A stretch of DNA of 64,000 nucleotides, taken from contig NC_045697.1 of NCBI RefSeq assembly GCF_009834535.1, forward strand, positions 12,648,001 to 12,712,000. Reading direction: 5' to 3'. Of the stretch, positions 59,540-64,000 are shown in pieces. This DNA is from Camelus ferus. Lineage: Eukaryota. Under the pieces are notes generated by a model. That model had not been told where the DNA came from, ran no database searches, and worked only from the letters and a program-made list of their open reading frames with translations. How positions within the stretch are numbered: position 1 is the first letter of the stretch; each line of letters starts with the position of its first letter. Made by a program: the position numbers and the translations under genes.

Positions 59540-60110
59540 ATTTCACCGTAGCAGTAATTGATTCAGGCAAGAATCATCAAAACCATTAGATGAAAATTTG
59601 TGTGGTAACAGAACGTGATGTGATACACTGAACATTGAGGAACTCTTCTAGAATTGAAGAGAACAGCAAGGCAAGGCAAATAAATGTGATGCACAATCCT
59701 GGATTAGATCCAAAAAATAGTTAATAAAAAGGACATTATTACGGAGGTTGGCAAAACTTGGTTATGTTCTGTATGTCAGATAATAGTATTTTTAAAATAT
59801 TAGAGTTATTGAATTTGGTAATTGTACTGTGGTTAGGTAAGAGAATATGCTTGTTCTTAGATGATACGTAATGAGTAGTTAGCAATGAAAAAGTCATGAT
59901 ACCTATGACATATTTTCAATGGCCTGGAAGAAAAACAATAAGATTAAGAATAAGAGTAGTAATAATAATGTGTGTAATTAGAAAGAAAATTCCAAAGCAT
60001 CAAAATCTTAAAAATTTATAAATTCACACAAAGAATATATGGTGTTCATCATACTATTTTTTCTATAGGTTTGTAAGTCTTCAACATAAAAAAAAGTAGA
60101 AAAAAGAGAA
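59540..60110 (+). mobile_element. L1MC-type 3' end
   Basis: aataaatgtgatgcacaatcctggattagatcc; aaggacattatt; ggtaattgtactgtggttaggtaagagaatatgcttgttcttag; ggtgttcatcatactatt. Confidence 0.75.
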
Positions 60111-60949
60111 AAAAAGAATTGAGCCAAAATGTGATCTACCACAGTGTGGAATATCCTTCTATGATGTCTGAAATGGGTGTATGTTTATTAGCAAATGCCT
60201 AAAACTCCTGGTGAGAAACACATTTTACATTACCGGCAGAATACATGGATATATTTATGCATATGAACATGTAAAATAGAAGCAAAAGCTTTACAAAACA
60301 GTATTTTTTTTCTCATTTATCTGACTTGTCCACTCCTGTATATTGCCTTGTTTTCTGTTTCATTCTATTCTATTCCACTGGACTTCATTTTTTTACAAGC
60401 TTCTCTTTGACTCCCACTGAATTGATTTCATCATCCCTTAAAAGGTTATAAACCATGGATTGAAAATCATAGTTCAATATGGTAAGTTTTGAATACCTGG
60501 CAAGACATTAAGTATGGGAGGAATTTAGAGGCAGATGGAATGATATAAACACATTCACCAAGGAGAGGGAATTAAAGTTGTTTCATCAAGGAAGGTACGA
60601 TGTATGCCAGGGCACTCATGTAAAAGTTTAATAGCTTATCGGTCCTTCTGACTGATATTTCTAGATATCAGTATAGGGACACTACAGAGAGCAGTTATAC
60701 TACAGAGAATAGTTTGGTAATAATAGTGGCATAAAGTTCTTTACAGTGACTCCTGAGGAATAGCTGGGATTTAGTTCTACTTATGTGGGTTTCAGTAAAT
60801 AAATGTTTGGTTGTATTAAGCATTTATCTGTACACCGTGGCTTGGTAGTGGAGACCAGATTATAGGCACACTCCCAAAAAGCTTGCAATTCAGATTTATA
60901 AAGATAACTAAAAGTTACTATACCTCCAGTAATGAAGATTATGGAAATA

Positions 60950-61170
60950 CTTTTTGAACTCTTACTCTGTATAGGCTCTGTTCCAGATGGCTTATTGGCA
61001 TCATCTCATTTAAATCAATGACAACCCTGTGAGATGATTACCATCATTCAGCTTAATTCACAGTTAAAAACTGCAGTGCCCTTCCTAAGTCTGCACAGCT
61101 AGTACACCATGAAGTCAAGATTTGGACCCAAGTGTTTTCACTCCAGTGCCTAAATGCAAAGCTTTCAAAC
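60950..61170 (-). mobile_element. MIR SINE
   Basis: catcatctcatttaaatcaatgacaaccctgtgagatg...tgcacagctagtaca...gatttggacccaag. Confidence 0.65.
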
Positions 61171-61194
61171 AATACATGACCTGGACGAGATATG

Positions 61195-61347
61195 AATGAA
61201 ATTTCTCCTAGAGATTTTGGAGTGTCCCCCTGCTGACACCTTGATTTCAGGCTTCTGGCCCCTAGAATGGTGAGAGGATAAATCATCATTGTTTTAAGCT
61301 ACCCATTTTGTGGTAATCTGTAATAACAGGGCCAGGAAACTAATGTA
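61195..61347 (+). mobile_element. 3' part of a MaLR LTR (MLT1C/D-type)
   Basis: ctgctgacaccttgatttcaggcttctggcccctagaatggtgagaggataaa...ttttaagctacccattttgtggtaat...ggaaactaatgta. Confidence 0.8.
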
Positions 61348-62299
61348 GACAGCTTGATAAAAACAGGAATATTAATATAGTAATCAAGATTCTCCGACAA
61401 GTTAAGTGGAGGGACAAGTTGAGGATTTAGGAACCAAATGTGAGGTTTAGAAAGCACAATTTTCAAGGAAATGTATAAAGGCCTATATTAATGAAATTCC
61501 AGGTACAAACTGAATAGTCATTGTCCAATCTAAGAAGACATTGTGCATAATACTGATCAAGAGATCTGTCTCTTTGTTGAGTTAGGGTTTCATTTTTTCA
61601 CATATAATTCAATAACAGCATGGCTATTGATTCTTAAATAAGTTCTGTAACAGAGATTAATCCAGCTTTGTTTTATGTGCACCTTGGTGACCAAGGGAAA
61701 ATAATTACAACAAGCCAAGCCATCAGTGCCATTGATGTTAGGGCCCCAAAGAGGCAGGGGCAAGTTGACACTGAGTCATGAGCTGATTAAGTAAGACTGA
61801 AAGGCTGGAGCCTGTCCCTGGCTGTGCTCAGCAGTCCAAATCCAATAACACAAACACACCCAGCAAGGGGTGTACACAATTCCAGAGTACTCAGTTGGTC
61901 AAATGGGTGGGGGTTTAGAATGTCAGGATCCCATGCAAGAACTGGGACTTGGGATCATCAGATATACTTTTTCACACATAAAAATTGCAAATCAGATTCT
62001 TCTGAAATCTTCTGATTTTTAAGTATGGTCAACTAATTCAAATTAAATACTGTTATGCAGGTTGTATGGCGAACATCAGTGGGGTATATATACACATCAC
62101 TGTGGACCATGGCAAGTCCCCTGATTGAATAGATTCCTCTTTCCAGTTGAATCTAAAGGCAGCAGAATTCAGGGAATGAATGTAGATGATAGAACCAGGT
62201 AAGGATTTTAATCTTTCTTATCTGCAGGTGGCATTCTGTGGTACAGAGCTGGGCTCCACTAGGATTCTTTAGCACAGTTATCAGGGTAAAGAAAACAAA

Positions 62300-62400
62300 C
62301 AGACCAAAAAAAAAAAAAAAAAAAGAAAGAAAAACAAAAAACAAACCCACCAAGTAATCAAAAACAAAAACAATTAAAGAAAACAAACAAACAAACAAAA
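62300..62400 (+). repeat. A-rich / (AAAC)n low-complexity tract
   Basis: Direct read. Confidence 0.9.
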
Positions 62401-62756
62401 ATTATCCTTGGTACCAAAGGTAAGACCAACAGGGGCTAGTCTAACCAATTGCATCTACATCCATGATAGTAAGGGAGGCTGAGAAACCTTTCTTGCTCCG
62501 TTCCTCTGAAGTATGAGAATTTAGATAGTAAAAGTCCAAACTGCTTTTATATCCACTCATTATTATGGTTGGAGATTTTAATATCCTGGCAGAATTTTTT
62601 CTCACTAGGGTTAAATGATGTTGAAACATAGGTGACTGTTATTGTTATATGCAATAGGAAAAGGGCTGAAAAGCAGGGACTTAGCTTTTAGAGTTGTGTT
62701 GCCCAGAACAGTAGACACCAGCTTCCTTTGCTTATAAAAGGCAGGATTTGAAGTAG

Positions 62757-63056
62757 CAATATGGAGCTATTGAGCACTTGAAATGTGGCTAATCCAAACT
62801 GAGATGTACTGTTAGTATAAATGCACCAAATTTCAAAGACTTATTACAGAATAAAAGAATATAAAAGATAATATTTTATGATGATTTTATGTTGAAATAA
62901 AAGTATTTCGTATATATATACAAATAAAATATATTATTACAATTATCTTCAATTGTTTGACAGTGAAGACTGTATTTTAGCATCTCTAGAAAATTTAAAA
63001 CTTCATGTATGCCCTGTATTTGTGGCTCACACTTATTTCCATTGGATAAGACTGCT
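62757..63056. mobile_element. MER3/MER33-type hAT-Charlie DNA transposon relic
   Basis: gctattgagcacttgaaatgtggctaatccaaactgagatgtactgt; tagaaaatttaaaac; tgtggctcac...ttccattggataagactgct. Confidence 0.78.
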
Positions 63057-64000
63057 TTAGAGGATTAAGAGTTAGGTAGCCATTTGATATGCACCAAAAA
63101 CCTAAGTTTCTGACTAATGTTTCACGTAGTAGCTGGATAACATAGTGTCATGTAGACCAAAGCAGTGTTTATTTTTCAGGAATTAGGCAAATAATATGAC
63201 CTCCTGAGCATATCTTTTACATGATAGGTGTTTCTTGCAAATATTTATACCAAATAATTTGAGTCAAATGCAAAAACAGGAGGCAGCTGATGAATGCCTG
63301 TCAAAGCAATCTTCATTTAGATGAGAAAGTATAATTTTAAATCATAGCAGAAATTATAGTTTACACGCTGCATTAGCCATCTCAATCTGCATAGTATATT
63401 TTCTATAATGAATTTCCATGTGATACAACAAGTCCAGATGTAGCATTTGGATGATCAGTAAGCTTTTTAGATCAATTTATTATGAATGAAAGAGGCATTT
63501 ATCTCTTCCTCACACGATTTAATTTGCATTTCCTTTCTAAAATCTTAAAAGCTCAATAGAGGGAACTGTAATGGACATTAAATCAATTCAAAATTGTAAT
63601 CACTCAGTTTTCTCATATAACATCATTGTCTTTAGAATACAAATGGAGGCATTAATTTGTAAAAAAAAAAAAGTATAAATTTTTCTCCTGATGAAGGAAA
63701 TATTCAAGTTTATGCTATTCAGGCAAATGAAGAATCATTTTTCAGAAAATTATTGTTTCTAAAAAGAAATTCAAATATTGTCAATTTGAATTTAAATTAT
63801 AGGAAGAATTGCTACATCCATTCAGGAAGACAGGAATTTAAATGAATGAGATTACTAAGACATGCATAATGTTCTTAGCATTATTCTGTATATATGGCGC
63901 TGTTGGGGGGTGTGTATGTGTGTAATTGTCATGATCCAATGACGTTTGTTAAGTGTCCTTTATGTACGTTAGATTGTGTTAAAATAATAGAATTGTAAAC

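Noticed and set aside
1-64000. A novel multi-gene or prokaryote-style system (operon, CRISPR array, defence island)
   Set aside because: The sequence is repeat-rich mammalian non-coding DNA. There are no long ORFs (longest in the track is 125 aa), no regularly spaced repeat-spacer array, and all recognisable protein motifs belong to decayed ERV/L1 elements.

Overview
Non-coding mammalian genomic DNA, most likely camelid (alpaca/llama/camel). Two copies of a tRNA-Ala(AGC)-derived SINE of the vic-1 type are present, and I saw no Alu, B1/B2, Bov-tA/BovB, CAN-SINE or PRE-1. I found no intact protein-coding gene, no exon of a recognisable host gene, no functional RNA gene and no CRISPR-like array. 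The ORF-track entries are chance ORFs or fragments of transposon proteins. A large fraction of the window is transposon-derived: many old L2, MIR, MaLR (MLT1), MLT2 and hAT (MER5, MER3/33) relics, several L1/HAL1 pieces, and a decayed class I (gamma-like) ERV gag-pro-pol at about 1.66-4.84 kb. The most noteworthy structures are: (i) an inverted, head-to-head pair of same-family ERV LTRs at 40.26-41.95 kb; (ii) a rearranged L1-3'end / ERV / L1-5'end-ORF1 / LTR mosaic at 0.84-6.77 kb; (iii) a twin-primed (5'-inverted) L1 at 28.3-29.7 kb, overlapping four assembly gaps; (iv) a few CpG- and motif-rich patches that may be regulatory. I do not see evidence for a novel multi-gene system. Repeat family names come from my recall of consensus sequences rather than a database search, and repeat boundaries are approximate (tens of bp) unless a TSD or terminal dinucleotide is cited.
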